A stretch of 64,000 nt of DNA from the human T2T-CHM13v2.0 reference genome, Homo sapiens. Below the pieces are notes generated by a model, which did not search any database, was not told the origin of the DNA, and worked only from the letters and a program-made list of their open reading frames with translations. Of this stretch, positions 17,170 to 35,290 are shown one piece after another. Position 1 is the stretch's first letter. The number at the start of each line of letters is the position of its first letter. Location of the stretch: NCBI RefSeq assembly GCF_009914755.1, contig NC_060932.1. One strand, given 5' to 3'. Made by a program: the position numbers and the translations under genes.

Positions 17170-17478
17170 TTTATTTATTCATTTATTTTTTCTTTGAGAC
17201 AGAGTCTTGCTCTGTTGCCCAGGCTGGGGTGCAATGGCGCGATTTTGGCTCACCTGCAATCTTCGCCTCCCAGGTTCAAGCAATTCTCCTGCCTCAGCCT
17301 CCTGAGTAGCTGGGATTACAGGCACACGCCACCATGCCTGGCTAATTTTTGTATTTTTAGTAGAGATGGGGTTTTACCACGTTGGTCAGGCTGGTCTCGA
17401 ACTCCCGACTTCAGGTGATCTGCCCGCCTTGGCCTCCCAAAGTGCTGGGGTTACAGGCGTGAGCCACTGTGCCTGGCC
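17170..17478 (-). mobile_element. AluSx-like
   Basis: Full Alu with (TTTA)n tail. Confidence 0.93.
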
Positions 17479-18351
17479 CTCATGTCTTCTTTAAAAGGCA
17501 AAACATAACTGCGGTTAATGTTTCAGGGACTAACTCCAACTTCACTTGGAAGCATCAGCTCCTAATATGTCAGAGTTGACCCTCACAGAGCATCCTAACG
17601 AAAGACCATCCAAAAGAGGGCGTCCACGTGTTCGACGTTGGCTCCTGAAGGGCTTGCCCTCGAAATTGTTTCTGCCACCTCTTTTCCTGTGACAGTAGGC
17701 TGGCTACTTCATCTCTCCTTCCATATCTTGATGTGGAAAATGGGGAGGCTCACCCCAGTCTGCAGGTTTGTGGTAAGGATTTGACGAGATGGTGACTGTC
17801 ATGTGTTTTAATAACATGGTCAGCTCCTCTCGGCTCAGAAAAATATTTCTTCTTCTAATTAATTATTGTGGTGGGTATTAGATTTCTAACCCATCCCTTC
17901 CCCCTCCTGAAGAGACCCAGAGGGAAAATAGAGTGGCTTTTCAAAGGTAAGCAGCCTCTTAGTGGAAGAGTAAGGTTTTGGTCTCAGGCCACTCTGTTCC
18001 CAGCCCTAAGTTCCTACTTCTCAGGTGCCCCCTTGGGTCTCCTTCTTAGCAGCTGCTTCCTTCTTCCAACTATATCCTTCCTACAGAGGATCAAAGGCTC
18101 AAAAGAAGCCCCTGGAGAAGGAAACAGTCTCCAGGTGGCCTTCAGGATTTCTGCAGCAGGTTTCTTTGTGGAATTTCAGAGCAGGAGAAGTAAACAGCAA
18201 CAACACAACCAGCTTGACCAAGAGGCTGTTGAGGCCAGTGCAAGGACTCGTTTCACAAGGTCCTTCTACAAACACTACCAGTCAACAAAAGAAAAAAAAA
18301 TTTAACTATTTATTTACCCAGTAAAAACAGTCACTTTAAAAAGTCTCCCTC

Positions 18352-18648
18352 AGCCGGTGCAGAGGCTCATGCCTGTAATCCCAGCACTTTGGGAGACTAA
18401 GGCAGGTGGATCACCTGAGGTCAGGAGTTCGAGACCAGCCTGGCCAACATGGTGAAACCCCATCTCTACCAAAAATACAAAAAGTTATCTGGGCGTGGTG
18501 GTGCACGCCTATAATCCCAGCTACTCAGGAGGCTGAGACAGGAGAATTGCTTGAACCTGGGAGGCAGAGGCTGCAGTGCAGTGAACCGAGATCATGCCAC
18601 TGCACTCCAGCCTGGGCTACAGAGCGAGACTTCATCAAAAAAATAAAA
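18352..18648 (+). mobile_element. AluSx-like
   Basis: Full Alu; TSD aaaa(a/g)gtctccct. Confidence 0.93.
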
Positions 18649-19347
18649 AGGTCTCCCTTTATTAACTAACAAACTTAAGTGGTTCCATTCAATTCAGCCA
18701 GTACATTTCACTAGTGTTTTTTGTGCACCTACTATGAGCAGATGATGTGTTGGGCATGTTTACACATTCGTCCTTACTGAGTCCTCACTGCCACCATTTC
18801 ACAGCTGGGGAAGCAGAGGTACAGAGCTGAGCAAGGCCAGAGTGGGAAGCCAGGTCCTCCCACCCTGGGTCTAGCATCCTTTCCACAACAGTAAACTCCC
18901 TGGTCACGACAGAACTGACCGGTTCTTCAGGCCATATTGACTGAATCCCAGCTCAGCAATCTTTTCCATCAATACAGGTCCTCTGCAGTCATTTCCTGAT
19001 TAACAGTGGATCCATTTAGTTGAATTGTGGTCAGACTGGTTGTGTCTGTGGACATAGAAATACCGATGACCTGATTTCCCCCAGGAGTCTTTCAGCTTCG
19101 GGACAGGACATGGCAGAAGTTGAGAGTGACAATGTGAGTCCTGCTCCCATCTGAGCCCTCAGGGACATAGTAAGTGGGCTTCTCTTGGAGGAGAAGAGAG
19201 GAAAATGATGACAAGATGAGCCTTTAACAGATGCAAAGTCCTGGATAAAGGTTCAGAGAGTTGAGTGGAGCTGAGCAGGATCAGGACCCCTCTTCTGGCT
19301 CTTTTAAATGGATAAACTCTGACGTTAGTGGTGGTTTAGTATCTCTA

Positions 19348-19749
<402 letters not shown>

Positions 19750-21313
19750 GGGAACACAAATTGCATTCACATCCAAGTCTCAACCCTCAGACAACAAGCA
19801 TAGGGCTGGGTACACCCACATTCACCCCCATTTGTGGTACAGGGAAGTAGCGAAGACTGTAGCTTCCTGAGCCAGACAGCCTGGGGTCAAGTCTCGACAG
19901 TGACCTTGAAGCAGTTGACTCAGTCTAGATTTCAATGTCCTAACCTGAAGATAGGGACTTCATAGGTTATTCTGAGAATTAAATCAATGAAAATCACGGC
20001 TCTTAGGCTGACAGTAGAAGCCAGGAAGCAAGTAGAAGGACGTGCTGGATTAGGTCACCCAGGATTTTAAGATAAAGATCAAATCCTATTCACCAAAACA
20101 CCAAAGTGATGCAGATCTGGCCCAATTCCTACTGCACAGAGTTGCTGCCAGGGCAAGAAGTTGTGCACAAGAATGCACTTTGCTAAGAGTAAAATGCTCT
20201 ACAAATCCCGAAATAAGGTCAGAGCTTGTGCTTGTGACCATTTTTATGGAGTTGTTCTTATTATCCTGGAGGGCTGTGTTTCTGGTTCACGTTTTCTGGT
20301 TTCCAGGACCATCCTGGCTTCTAGCAGAAACCCAGTTTACCCCCAGGGCTTGGCCCAGTTTGTGGCATATTGATGAAGTTCCCCAAGAGTTTGCTGAATT
20401 TCATGTGTCTGCTGGGTGGGACTAGATTTTCTAGGACTCTGGGCCCTTCACACTCTATGTGGGGTGGAACTCCACTATATTAGCTGCTACTGTTTCTGCT
20501 AATGATACACATATGTGCACAGTGCGTTGCCAACTTCAGTATTTTGTGAATATTCACTAATATTATTATCTGCCAAGGGGATCCCAAATGTCATCTACCC
20601 TTTCTAGGGAAAGAAGATAGATAGTTATCTGCTTGCAATATTCTTCATCTAGCATTTTAAACACGCAGCTTGCCATGTTTTTGGAAAGAAATGCAAATGA
20701 AACCATCTCCAGGAATAATTTTCTCTCTCTAAATTTCCACATTTGCACGATGTCCTTCAATTAAACCTGAAATCAAATTATGTTCCCCTTGAGTGGTCAT
20801 TTTAATATTTGCAGGTTTCCTGGGATGGGAGATTAGGAGGCGCAATTGATTCTGTGAGCCCTCTTCTGCCTCCAGAGACTCTCTTGAACGCCAGCACAGT
20901 TCCGTCAGGGGCCTGGAGCAAAGCGTAGCTGCACACTTTGTCCCTCTCCTTCCTGTGTCTCCTCCTGGCAACCCTGACCCAGACGCAGTCTCTTTCTTTA
21001 AATATTGTAGCCCAAACAGCGGCTGGCTCCTAGAACGCACTGTGTCTTTAATCTCTCTGTCCTTGTTCCCTGCCATTCCCTGTATCAAGGCCCCTCTCTC
21101 CTCACCTGTCCGTTCATGCTCCTCTTGGACCCTGAGCAAGGCACCTCTGTCTCATCTCCCCAGGATCCATCCTTGGGTCTCTGATCAGAGAATCTTAATT
21201 TTCCTCTGGGGTGCCACCTCTCTCACACTTTCTAAGGTGCCACATGCTCTGGCCCCACCTTCCCACCCCCGTTTGACCTGCTCTTCTCCCTGTCACTCGC
21301 TTGGGTCAAGCTA

Positions 21314-21691
<378 letters not shown>

Positions 21692-22112
21692 TTAAATTTT
21701 CTCTTATCCCAGGCAGTCACTTGGCTCAGGCCTCAGCCCCTTCAGCTTCTGTACGAATGGTGTCTCCTTCTCAGTGAGACCCTCAACTCCCCTTGTTAAT
21801 ACAGCAGCCTAGACCCCTCTCCCAGCACTGCACCCTCATTGCTTGGTTTATTTCCCCGAGTGCTTGCACTTCCTGAATCTGCCCCACTGTGTCTTTTACT
21901 CGTTTGTAAACTCCCCCAGGGCAGGGAATTCTGTTCTTTCTGTCCTGGTGCCCCCTCTTGTCTCACGGCAGTGGTTGGCTCACAATATTCCTTAATGAAT
22001 GTTTGGGAATAAATGTCACTAGGAAAGGTTGGCACAACTTCTTCCCCATTCCTCTGACTGTAAGGATGGGCACATGGCCCAGGCCTACCCCAGGCAACAC
22101 CTCCTACCCCTG

Positions 22113-22573
22113 CATGAAAGGAAAATGTCTTGGGCCCCTAAAATCACTAAGGAAAACTCAAGCTGGAAACTGCTTAGGGCAAACCTGCCTCCCATTCTGT
22201 TCAAAGTCACTCCTTTGCTCACTTAGATAGATGCATATCTGATTTGCCTCCTTTGGAAAGGCTAATCAGAAGCTCAAAGAATGCAACAGTTTGTGTCTCA
22301 CCTATCTGTGACCTGGAAGCTCCCTCCCACTGTGAGTCTTCCTGCTTTCCTTTCAAGTTGTCCCGCCTTTCCAGACTGAACCAATATGCTTCTTACATGT
22401 ATAGATTGATGTCTCCTGTCTCCCTAAGATGTATAAAACCAAGCTGTACCCTGACCACCTTGGGCACATGTCACCAGGACTTCCTGAGGCTGTGTCATGG
22501 GTGCGTCTTCAGCCTTGGCAAAAATAAACTTTTTAAATTAACTGAGACCTGTCTCAGATTTTCTGGGTTCACA
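22113..22573 (+). mobile_element. MER4A1-like solo LTR (ERV1) inside an older MLT1-type remnant
   Basis: gaaaggaaaa...aaaatcactaag...gcttagggcaaacctgcctcccattc...aataaac...ctgagacctgtctcagattttctgggttcaca; 4-bp TSD cctg. Confidence 0.85.
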
Positions 22574-22621
22574 CCTGCTAGCAGCAGGGATTGGCCCAGG
22601 GAGATACAAAACCTAAGCCAG

Positions 22622-22947
<326 letters not shown>

Positions 22948-23330
22948 AAGACCTAAGTCAGGCCAAAGACGGTCGGCCCAGGACTACTCCTGGAGCTACT
23001 GGGAAATACGCTCTTTTCTTCTCAGGAGTTGCTGGAGGCTCTGGGGGCTGCTTGATCACTACTTAGGGAAATGTGCCCAAGGCTGAAGCTTGCTGAGAGC
23101 GGAAAGCCAAGCCAGGAGGTGGAGAGAGAGCTGCTGTGGGGCCTGCAAACAGGCCTTTCCTTTGGCCAGATTCCTTGGGTCCATCCATGCCTGAGGCTCT
23201 ACCTCTAGACTTGTTTACTTGGGCCAATAAATTCCCTTTTTTCGTTTAAGCCAAGTTGAGTCCGGATAAATTTTCGTTTAAGCCAAGTTGAGTCCGGATA
23301 AGTCCCCGGCAACAGAAAGGGTCTTGAGTA

Positions 23331-23798
<468 letters not shown>

Positions 23799-25320
23799 CT
23801 ATCTGATTCCCCACTAGTTGGGGTGTTCCTTGAGGGCTGGAACCATATGGGAGTCATTTCTAGACGTTCCATGCCTGAGACAGTGACTGTCTCATAGACA
23901 GACAAGCTCATAGACGAAGCCCAATAAATATTTGTTGAACAAACAGTTGAGTGAATGAAATCGACTTGTTCCATTCCTCGGGCCAAGCTTTGTTCAGGTG
24001 TTCATCCATTTTCAAACATATCCGACCCAAACACCTTCTTGGTGATGAGCCTCAGACTCCTCCAATCTTGATGTGTTCCCAAGTGTGTAGCCTCTTAAAG
24101 AGCTGATCAGAGCCAGCTGAGATAGCTGCTTAATTCTCTACCAGATGCCAGCCCATGTCCTATAGAAAAGCGGCATTTCACACAGATTAAGTTCAGCAAG
24201 CTGAGCCCTGCAGTAAGTTAGAAATTTCTTTTGATTAAAAAGTACCTTTTATTACAAACACATAGAGGCCAGGAGTGAGTTTACGTTTTTAATAAGCTGT
24301 TCCATGTTCTGAATCTGATTTTATTTCTCCAAGTGGAATGAAAGGAAAACTGGGGATTGGGAAATAATTTATTAATATTTGTCCACGTGGCCAGAGGGGA
24401 GTAGGTGGGGTGAGAGTGGGTAATGTTTGGTGGTTCGGCGGGTACGGCATGTCCCCTAAATCATAGACCAGTGAGCCAGCAGCGGGAAGGGGGTTGCTGT
24501 CTTGTTTTGAACAATGGAGCAATGGGCAGCTTCCGGACTGGAGGCTGCCTGTGGCTTCTCCATTCTCCCATCTTCCATTTTTCTTTAGTCACTAGAGTGC
24601 TTTGTGCAAATTCTGAACTTCATCACTTAATAATTGCCTGGTCCCACAGTCGATCCAGCCCTATGTGTTTAATGTGGCCTGTATGGCCCTGACCACCTCT
24701 ATAGCCTCACGTTGCGCATCCTCTCCGGGTGCCGGCCCTGTGCCTGAGCATCCCCTGCTCCCTTCCACCTTAGGGTCTTAGCTCCATCTGAAGATTTTCT
24801 CACTCCATTGGCTAACACCTGTTCATCTTTGGATTTCCTCTCAAATGTCTCTTTTGCAGAGAACGCTTCTGTCCTAGAATCATGAAACAGTTTTCTTTCC
24901 ATAGCATTTGTAGAGTTACTACAGCTGCTCATATACATTTGTGTGTACAGTTGGTTGATTATTATCAATCTCCCTCACTATGGGGATAGGGGGAGTGTCT
25001 GATGAATTATTGTCCTTGCTGTTTCTCTGCTGTTGTCTGTCCCAGTGTTTATCACAGAACATGACACGCAATAGGTCCTGCCAAGTATTTGCCATGTGAT
25101 GAGTGGATGCAGCATGGAGCTCTGGGTCTGGGGCAGGGGTGGCCCACACCTGGATGGAGAATGGTCCGTGGGTCCTCTCTGCTGGTGCACAGCGGCACAG
25201 GGATGGGATGAGCTGATGATGGTGAGGAAAATTCCCTCAATTGTTGACAAATACACAGACAATGAGGGTGAGAGTAGGGATAGGGCTGAGGTGGGGGTAT
25301 CAAGCTGATTTTCACTTTTC

Positions 25321-26287
<967 letters not shown>

Positions 26288-26360
26288 AATTTTCACCTTT
26301 CTTAAGGACCCACATTCCAGAACCCGCTACATTACTGTGAGGAATCACACATGCACATAA

Positions 26361-26666
<306 letters not shown>

Positions 26667-27373
26667 GAGTCAAATCATTTGTATCCACTCACTCTAAATA
26701 TATAGGTAGAAATAATGCATATATGCATGCTTCTATAATTTATTTCTACTAACTAGACATGGACAGTATTTGCATCTGTTGAAAATAGGTAAATTATTTG
26801 TTTTCTTAAATTATAGGTGGCATATTTATGACAAGCACATATAAATTGTGAGTGCACATTATAAATATATAATCCTGTTTGCAGACATTTATGGGCTGTA
26901 TGCTGTGTGCCAAGCTTTGTGCTGAGCACTTTACAGTCATTATTTCATTTTATCTTCATTGCTGTCCCGTGGAGAAGATAAAATGCACTGGCTTTCAACT
27001 TTCTCTTTGTAAAATAGAACCTATTTTAAAAATAAAATATAGCACAGAAACTTCAACATACAGAAGAGACAGAAGCTTTGCAGCATCCTGGAGATGCTCT
27101 TAGCATTCCTGCCTCCATCTCTACCCTACCCTCCAAGGCAAAGAGGCAGAGGCAAGAGGACTGGATTCCCAGGCTAAGATGCTCACCCCTTCCCAGCTGT
27201 GTAACCTGGGGCAAGTTGCTTAAATCTCTGAGCCCCAGTTTCCTTACCTTTAAAAATCCCCAAACATTAATTATGAGAATACAATGAGATAATGTATTAA
27301 AAATAAGAAAAACATTATAACTCAGTGACTGGCACTTAGCGGGTACAAAATACCTGTTATCTGAATTTCCTTC

Positions 27374-27840
27374 TGCCTTAGGTTGGCTTCCCCAGAAGCA
27401 GATCCTGAAATAATGAATGTGAAAGTGGTGCATTAGGAAGTGTGCACCTGAAAACACTGGTGTGGTTTTGGGGCAGTGGGCTTGCCTAGGGGAGGAGACC
27501 AAGCACGGCTGTGATGTCAAGCAAAGGCCTGCGGAGGTTGACTTTGGCTCAACTCCACAGAGGAGCTCAGGAAACGGTGTAGGTCATACTTCGGAGCTGC
27601 CCTAGGCAGGGGCCAGGGAGCTGCAGCACTGATAACCTATACCCATCAACCCAAGGCTGTTCCCAGGGACTCTGTCTGTTGCATTGACCCCCAGAGTGGG
27701 TTCCAGCTGCCGCAGGGCAGCCTTTTATCAAAGTGAGGGAGCGATGTGGGTTCTGTTGAGAGTTAAATGCACTAGGAGCCGCATGCCTTGGATGGTCAGA
27801 GTTCCCTGGGTGAGGTGGGCAGAGTTCTGGCTAATGACCC
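27374..27840. mobile_element. Old ERVL LTR (LTR16/LTR33-like)
   Basis: ttaggttggcttcccagaagcagatcctga...ccagggagctg; family and limits tentative. Confidence 0.5.
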
Positions 27841-29598
27841 CCACAGAGTCCTAATATGTGATGGTCTGCAGAAGGCTCTGGAACCATTTAGAAGAAGGGC
27901 TTTCTTCATCATCTCTGCCTTTACTGGACCAAGTCCAAGTGCCAAGTACAATCAGAGCCCTCCTTACTGTGGATTCACCCCTTGGTGTCTAGCAGCTCCT
28001 TCTCATTGGAGGCTTGCCTGGCAACACAGTGAAAGACCCAGTATCTCTGGGTACCAGGGTGCCTCTGCATAAAGTACCAGTCCTAGGGCACTGGAGATAC
28101 ATCTGTGCTTTTTGCTGCAGATTAGAATCAGGAGGGTGCATTTCTCCAAAGGTACCTGGAGGACAGTGACCAGACACACTCCAGGACTGTGCACATGGAG
28201 ACAGCACTTTCCCGAGGGCTCACTTCATGCCTTTTCCTTGGATATCACTCAGTCCTCTCATTTCACACTAACTCCAGGAGGCATTTTGCTGTTTTCATTC
28301 CCATTTTCCAGATGGAGATACTGAGGCTCTGAGAGGCTCTGCAACTTTAAGGTCTTGGAGTTAGTTACTGCCAGAACAAGAATTTCAGCCCCAATCTTTC
28401 AGACTTCCTCTCACCACTCTGCCCTTCAGTTAACCTAAGAGATTTGGGAGCCAGGAGGAAGATTCTGACATTGCTAATTAGAGAGACACTACAGGGATTA
28501 TAACAAATCTGGAGAATGAACTCTAAGATCACCAGGTGGTGCCCCTGGAACTTGTCCAGCTGCCCAAATATGGAAGAGAATGAGACTTCAAGGAAGGATG
28601 GTCTCTTTTGTCTATGGAATTAACCTATGTTAATTTATTTCCTACTAAATTTCAAGCTACAGTGTAGAAGCTTTAATTAACACTCAGAACCAAGGATGGG
28701 TCCAGTGGGACTGTCCCGAGAACGTGTGCACACAAGCTCATCTCTAAACTCATCCCTAATACTAATTAGCCCCACAAGTTCTCCAAGGGCCTTGTCTGCT
28801 AATTTGGAACCTGGCGATGAGCTCTATCTCTGCCTAGCCTTGGAGAACAAGGACACAAATCTCTTCATCTCCATTATCAATGTCATGCCAACGGCCCAGG
28901 GGGACTATGGAATCATTAATGACTCCTCATTGGTTGGCAGAGCAACTTGAAGCCCTTCACAAAGTGACTCTGCCTGGTTTGCTCCTCCACATCCAACTGT
29001 GACATAATGGGGTTAGTTCAGTGACAACACTGCTGCATTCTGGTGAGGACATTGGCCTCACCCCCTACCATGCTGACCTCGGATGGAAATGTACATTCTC
29101 GAGGCTTTGAACACAAAGATGAACACAAGAACACTTCAGAGGAGTGTGGGGCTGGCAGTTGGGAAGCCCAAGACCTCTTCCCCGCAGCACCAGTTTTTTC
29201 TCCCGTGGAGTTCGTTTTTACTTCTCTGTATCCCAGTTGCCTTAGCTGTAAAAGGGGGCTTTAATTCTTACAAAACCCTTGTCCCAGGATGATCATGAGA
29301 ATTCCATGAGTTAAAGCATCTGCAACATGTAGAAAAGTGGCAGACACATCGTAAGCATAAAAAATAAAAATAAAAAAAAAAAAGTTAACCCTTGATGTTA
29401 TGATTCTTCCATCTTGGCCTCTGAGTTCCCCCCCAACTAGGCTTCCTGCAGGGACAATGACCAATGTCTGTGCACCAGGACATGCCATGTCAAGGCTCCC
29501 AGACCCCAGGGACCACTGCTTCAGAGGTCTGCTCTATCATCTCTTGCCACCTGCCTCTCAAACTACATTGTGATGTCTTTCAAAAATCAATCTAATAA

Positions 29599-30182
<584 letters not shown>

Positions 30183-30280
30183 TAAAGCTGACTTCATTTG
30201 AGAGGCCACCTGAAATATATTCACAAGACAGGACAGGATGAACAGGAGTTTCAAAGTCATGGCTTAAAATAGCAGTTGAA

Positions 30281-30800
<520 letters not shown>

Positions 30801-31300
30801 TTAAGGTAACACTAGGAGGGAATATTCTCCCCATCAGACCTGTCCAGAGCTGAGTTGAGCAGCCTCAGGATACTTGAAAGTGGAGGCTGAAGAACCACCG
30901 GGCAAGATAATCCAGCTATTCCAGTTGGAGGATGGAGTGTTTGTACGTGGACGTAGGTACTGAATTTGGTAAAATTCCAAACTGGAGCTTCTGGGCTTCT
31001 TCACTGTTTTCCTAGGCATTTTGTCTCTGGAAGCCCTCGATGAGACTGTCAATGACCCCAGGAGAGGGCAAGTTTCTTGGCCAGGATCAGACCTTTGAAC
31101 TTCACTTGCTGCTGAGACTGGGGAAGCGAGTGCAACCTCCTTTATTCTCTAAGACAATGGTCCTTCTACACTTATTAAAAAGAATCAAAATATTTTGTTT
31201 CAGGGTTTCTCAAACATTTCAAAGACAGGAAAACCTGTGATCTAAGGCACTGCATTGCCCCAGTCTCTCTCCCATGACCTTCCACAGCATTTTGCTTTGA

Positions 31301-31697
<397 letters not shown>

Positions 31698-31764
31698 CCC
31701 CAAATGAGTTTTTTATGTGTAGAGTTTATGTCTTATTTATTACTGTATCCCCAGTTGAGTTCAA

Positions 31765-31766
31765 TG

Positions 31767-31829
<63 letters not shown>

Positions 31830-31860
31830 AAAGCAGAAAGAGAGAGACAGAAAGAGAGAG
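31765..31860. repeat. (TG)n(GA)n compound microsatellite
   Basis: Seen directly. Confidence 0.95.
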
Positions 31861-33234
31861 TTGGGGGGTGAGGGGGTGGTTTATTCAATCTGTCTGCAGA
31901 TTGCATAAGCCAGATGACATTTGAATGATAATCAAGATGCAACTTTTCAACCTTAGGCAGTTTTGGTTCCTGTCCTCTGACTGGGGATGAAAACGATAGG
32001 CTAATAATTTCTTTTTACTCACAGGAAAATTAGCAGACATTCCCTGCATTGCTTTAGGTTTTCACTTCGAAATCTGAGACTTTGAAATGTGAGAGTTGTG
32101 GTAATTCCAGTCCCACATATTCACCAGAACTCCCAGATGCCTTGGTGCTAAATCTCTTTTCTCATAGCTTGGGTTGGCTTTGGGGTGCAGCCTGCAGTGG
32201 CAAATGGGGGTGTGGCTGGCTTCTGCTTCTGTTCCATCTCTCTACCTGGTCTGCTCTTTTCGTTCTCTATGACTGGTTCTGATGTGCCATAGAAAATGCA
32301 AACAGACCTTCCGAAAAAGTCTCCCTAGAGCTGTCCTAGTTATAAACCAGCTTTGTCCCCTCGGGCCTGGATGTTGGTCCAAAAAAAGAGCTTTTCCTCC
32401 TGTGGGCTCTGGACGGCCCTCTAGGGCCTCCCTGCACCCCTCTGACCCAGGGAGGTGGCCTCCTGAATCCCCTTCTTCGGCCACCAGGTGCTCACCTGCA
32501 GCTTCTTGTTCCTCCTCTTCCCACCCTCCACTGAGAAGGATCTGAGGCTGTTCTAAGCTGCCTGCCATAGCCCACGTTTTGCAGAGTCACCGTCTGACCA
32601 CAGCATGCACTTACACCCCTGCCCATCTATGAGCGAACATACTCCAATGAAGCAGTGCACTCATGGCCCCCAGGGCAGCTGCTCATCTTCTTTAATCACT
32701 TAGGCAGAAGTCAGACCTAGTTTATCCTGTTCCAGAGGGTAGAATAGAACAGGTCCTTGCAAGCCCCGTTGAAGCCCCTCTTTCTGGAGCTGGGATGGAA
32801 GGTAGCATCCTGTCCAGATGATGGGATAGGGGCTCTCACCTTATGGACTCACATCACTCTCTCCAGAGGTTTCTCCACTACTGTCTTTTCAGTTTCTTTC
32901 TCACCTTGTTGTTTCCCACTGAGGGATCCAAAGAGCAGTAGAACAGGCTTTCCTTCATTCTTTTTGTAAATTTTGCAGCTGCCTGTGTTGGTGTGGGCTT
33001 TTCCCCATATCCCCTTTGGGATTCTGTTGGCCTTGTCCAGGCATGGTGTTTAAATTGAGGCGGGAAGAGTACCACTGGAACAGCCTGTTGCTTGTATGAT
33101 CCACCATGTGTCAGGCTCTGGGGAGTGAACAGGGCTGAAAAGGGGAATGAGGCCAGGCTTGTGGTCTAGAGGAGTGCTTAATCTGGTGGGTGGAGGGAGG
33201 GAGAGGGACAGAGAGAGACAGAGACAGAGTGCTT

Positions 33235-35290
33235 CCGTCAGCCCGTATTTACTGAGTGCCTACAGACGTCAGGTATGATGCTAGGTTCTAAACATGCACA
33301 GGTGAAGAAAATGGGCATGGTCCCTGGCATTAAATATAACATTGTAAGGTCCAGAGGGCATGCAAGGGAGAGCAGTAAAGCTGAGGGCAGAGAGGTGAGG
33401 GGGCTGGGGAGCAGAGCACTTATGTTCTTGTGGGTGATTGTCAAGGACTTTGGCTTTAACAATGATAGGGAGCCATTGGAGGGTCGAAAGGTGTATCATG
33501 ATCTGATCTATGTTTCAGAGGGGTCATTGTGGCTGCTCTGCCCTTATAGGGGCACAGGGCAGAAGCAGTGAGACCAGTTTGGGGGCTAATGGAGCAATGC
33601 TGTTGAGCAATGTGTGAGTGATAGGAATGATGAGAAACGGTCAGCTACGGGGTTTATTTGAAAGTACAGCCAACATTTGCTATGGATTCCATGTAAAGGG
33701 TGACTTCAGGTCTTTCCAAGCTCCAAAAGAATGAAATTACCATTAACTAGGATGAAGACAATTGTGGGAGGAGGAAGTTGGAAGAAGGGTGGGAAATCAG
33801 AAATTTTTGGACAGATAAAGTTTGAGATGCTTTTTATGCAATCCAGTGGAGATATTTGGGTGCAAGAGAGATATCAGACCTCTCCACAATAAAACTGGGG
33901 GAGTCATCAAAGAATAGATGATATTTAGGTCATTATCTTGAGGTGCTGACCTCAAAGGTGCATGTAGAAAGAGAAGAGGTCTGGGGAGTAAGGCTTGGGT
34001 CATTCCAGTGTTTGTTAGTGGCTGACATGGGGAAGAACTGGCAAGCAAGAAGTCAATGGAGGAGGAGGACAGTCCAGAGCCATGTCCTAGAAGCCAACTG
34101 AAGAAAGGGTTTCAAAAGGAAGCAGTGATTAACTTATCAAACATGGCTGGTACAGTGAAATATAACAAGACTGAGGCATAACTGTTGGATATAGCAATGT
34201 GCAGGCTATTGGAGTCCTTGACAATGGTTCTTTTGTTGGATTAGTGGAGACAGAATTAGGGTTGGTTGGAGTTAAATAGAGAATGAAAAAATGGTGAATG
34301 TAGACAATTCATTCCAAGAGGGGGAAGGGAGATGCATGGACAAGAGAGAATATTTGAATTAATATTCAATATTAATTCAATATTAAAATATTAAAATAAT
34401 GATGCAAAAGAGAAAGATGAGAATGGTAAGAAGATGGGATGTAGGGGAACTAGCTTTATATAGGAGCATAGACAGTCTGTAGCATTTGAAAGGAAGGCAG
34501 AGGTTGGGAGTACAGGTGCAGGGAGGTACATGAGGTAGTGGCACTATGTGGAATTTATCTTCTAATTGCCTAACTTGCTCAGCAAAGTAGCGAGAAAAGG
34601 GTAAAAGTGGAGAGAACTTTTGGAAGTCTGAGAAGAGAGTAGACATGGAGTAGTCTAAAATAGTAGGAGATTGGATTGATGCGGGAAAGGCGGCAAGATA
34701 GCTGGGTAGCCTTAAAGACTCACTTGAGGTTGGTGGTCAGGTTGTCATTAATTTAAAATCAACATTGCTTTGGGTTGTCTTCCAGTGAAAGACAGTTGTT
34801 TGGGTTCAGGCAGAGAGTGTGAGCAGTGAGGATTTAACAAGAATTGTAGTTTTTCCAGGCAAGTACAATGACAAAGAAAAGGGCAGTGGAGATAAAGGTG
34901 TATGAAAGAGATGATTATAATGGTGCTCTGTGACATCTATGCTAGGCTGCAGGGAAGCGGCCACGTGAGTGGGGTAGGGGACAACAAAACTGTGGTAGGG
35001 TCAATGGATTATAGGGTTGTGTTGAGGCCAAGGACTTGTTAGAGTTAACGTAGTGTATAGCAGATGGACTGCAAATAAGAGAGGTGGTGGTCTGAGAGAG
35101 AGATGCTTGAGGTTGGAATTCTGGAGGGGCTAAAGTCACTGTAATGACAAGGTCTAGGAGTGAGTAGGAGGCAGTAGAGGAAGTCAAGTTCAAAGGCCAT
35201 GGCCATTGCCTAGGCAAACCATGGTGGTGGCTTGAGTTGAAATGGCAAAAAAGAAGATGGAGAAAAGCATATGGTGATGAACATTCCAAT
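33235..35290 (-). mobile_element. Long fragmented L2 LINE including an ORF2 endonuclease remnant
   Basis: Purine-rich L2 antisense motifs (aaggactttggcttt, gtttgagatgc...atccagtggagat, aagccaactgaagaaagggtttc); minus ORF 34942-35298 contains LDLVIT, typical of the L2 APE domain. Confidence 0.7.

Noticed and set aside
17598-17665. Small CpG cluster with CACGTG
   Set aside because: Far too short for a CpG island; no other support.
17868-18305. 145-aa ORF with an acceptor-like cttcctacAG at 18085-18086 and an A-run at ~18287-18300
   Set aside because: No recognisable domain, no convincing donor, no AATAAA or TSD; cannot call an exon or retrocopy from sequence alone.
19085-19175. Acceptor-like ttcccccAG followed by GTGAGT and GTAAGT donors
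   Set aside because: Such motif pairs are frequent by chance in 64 kb; no supporting frame or evidence.
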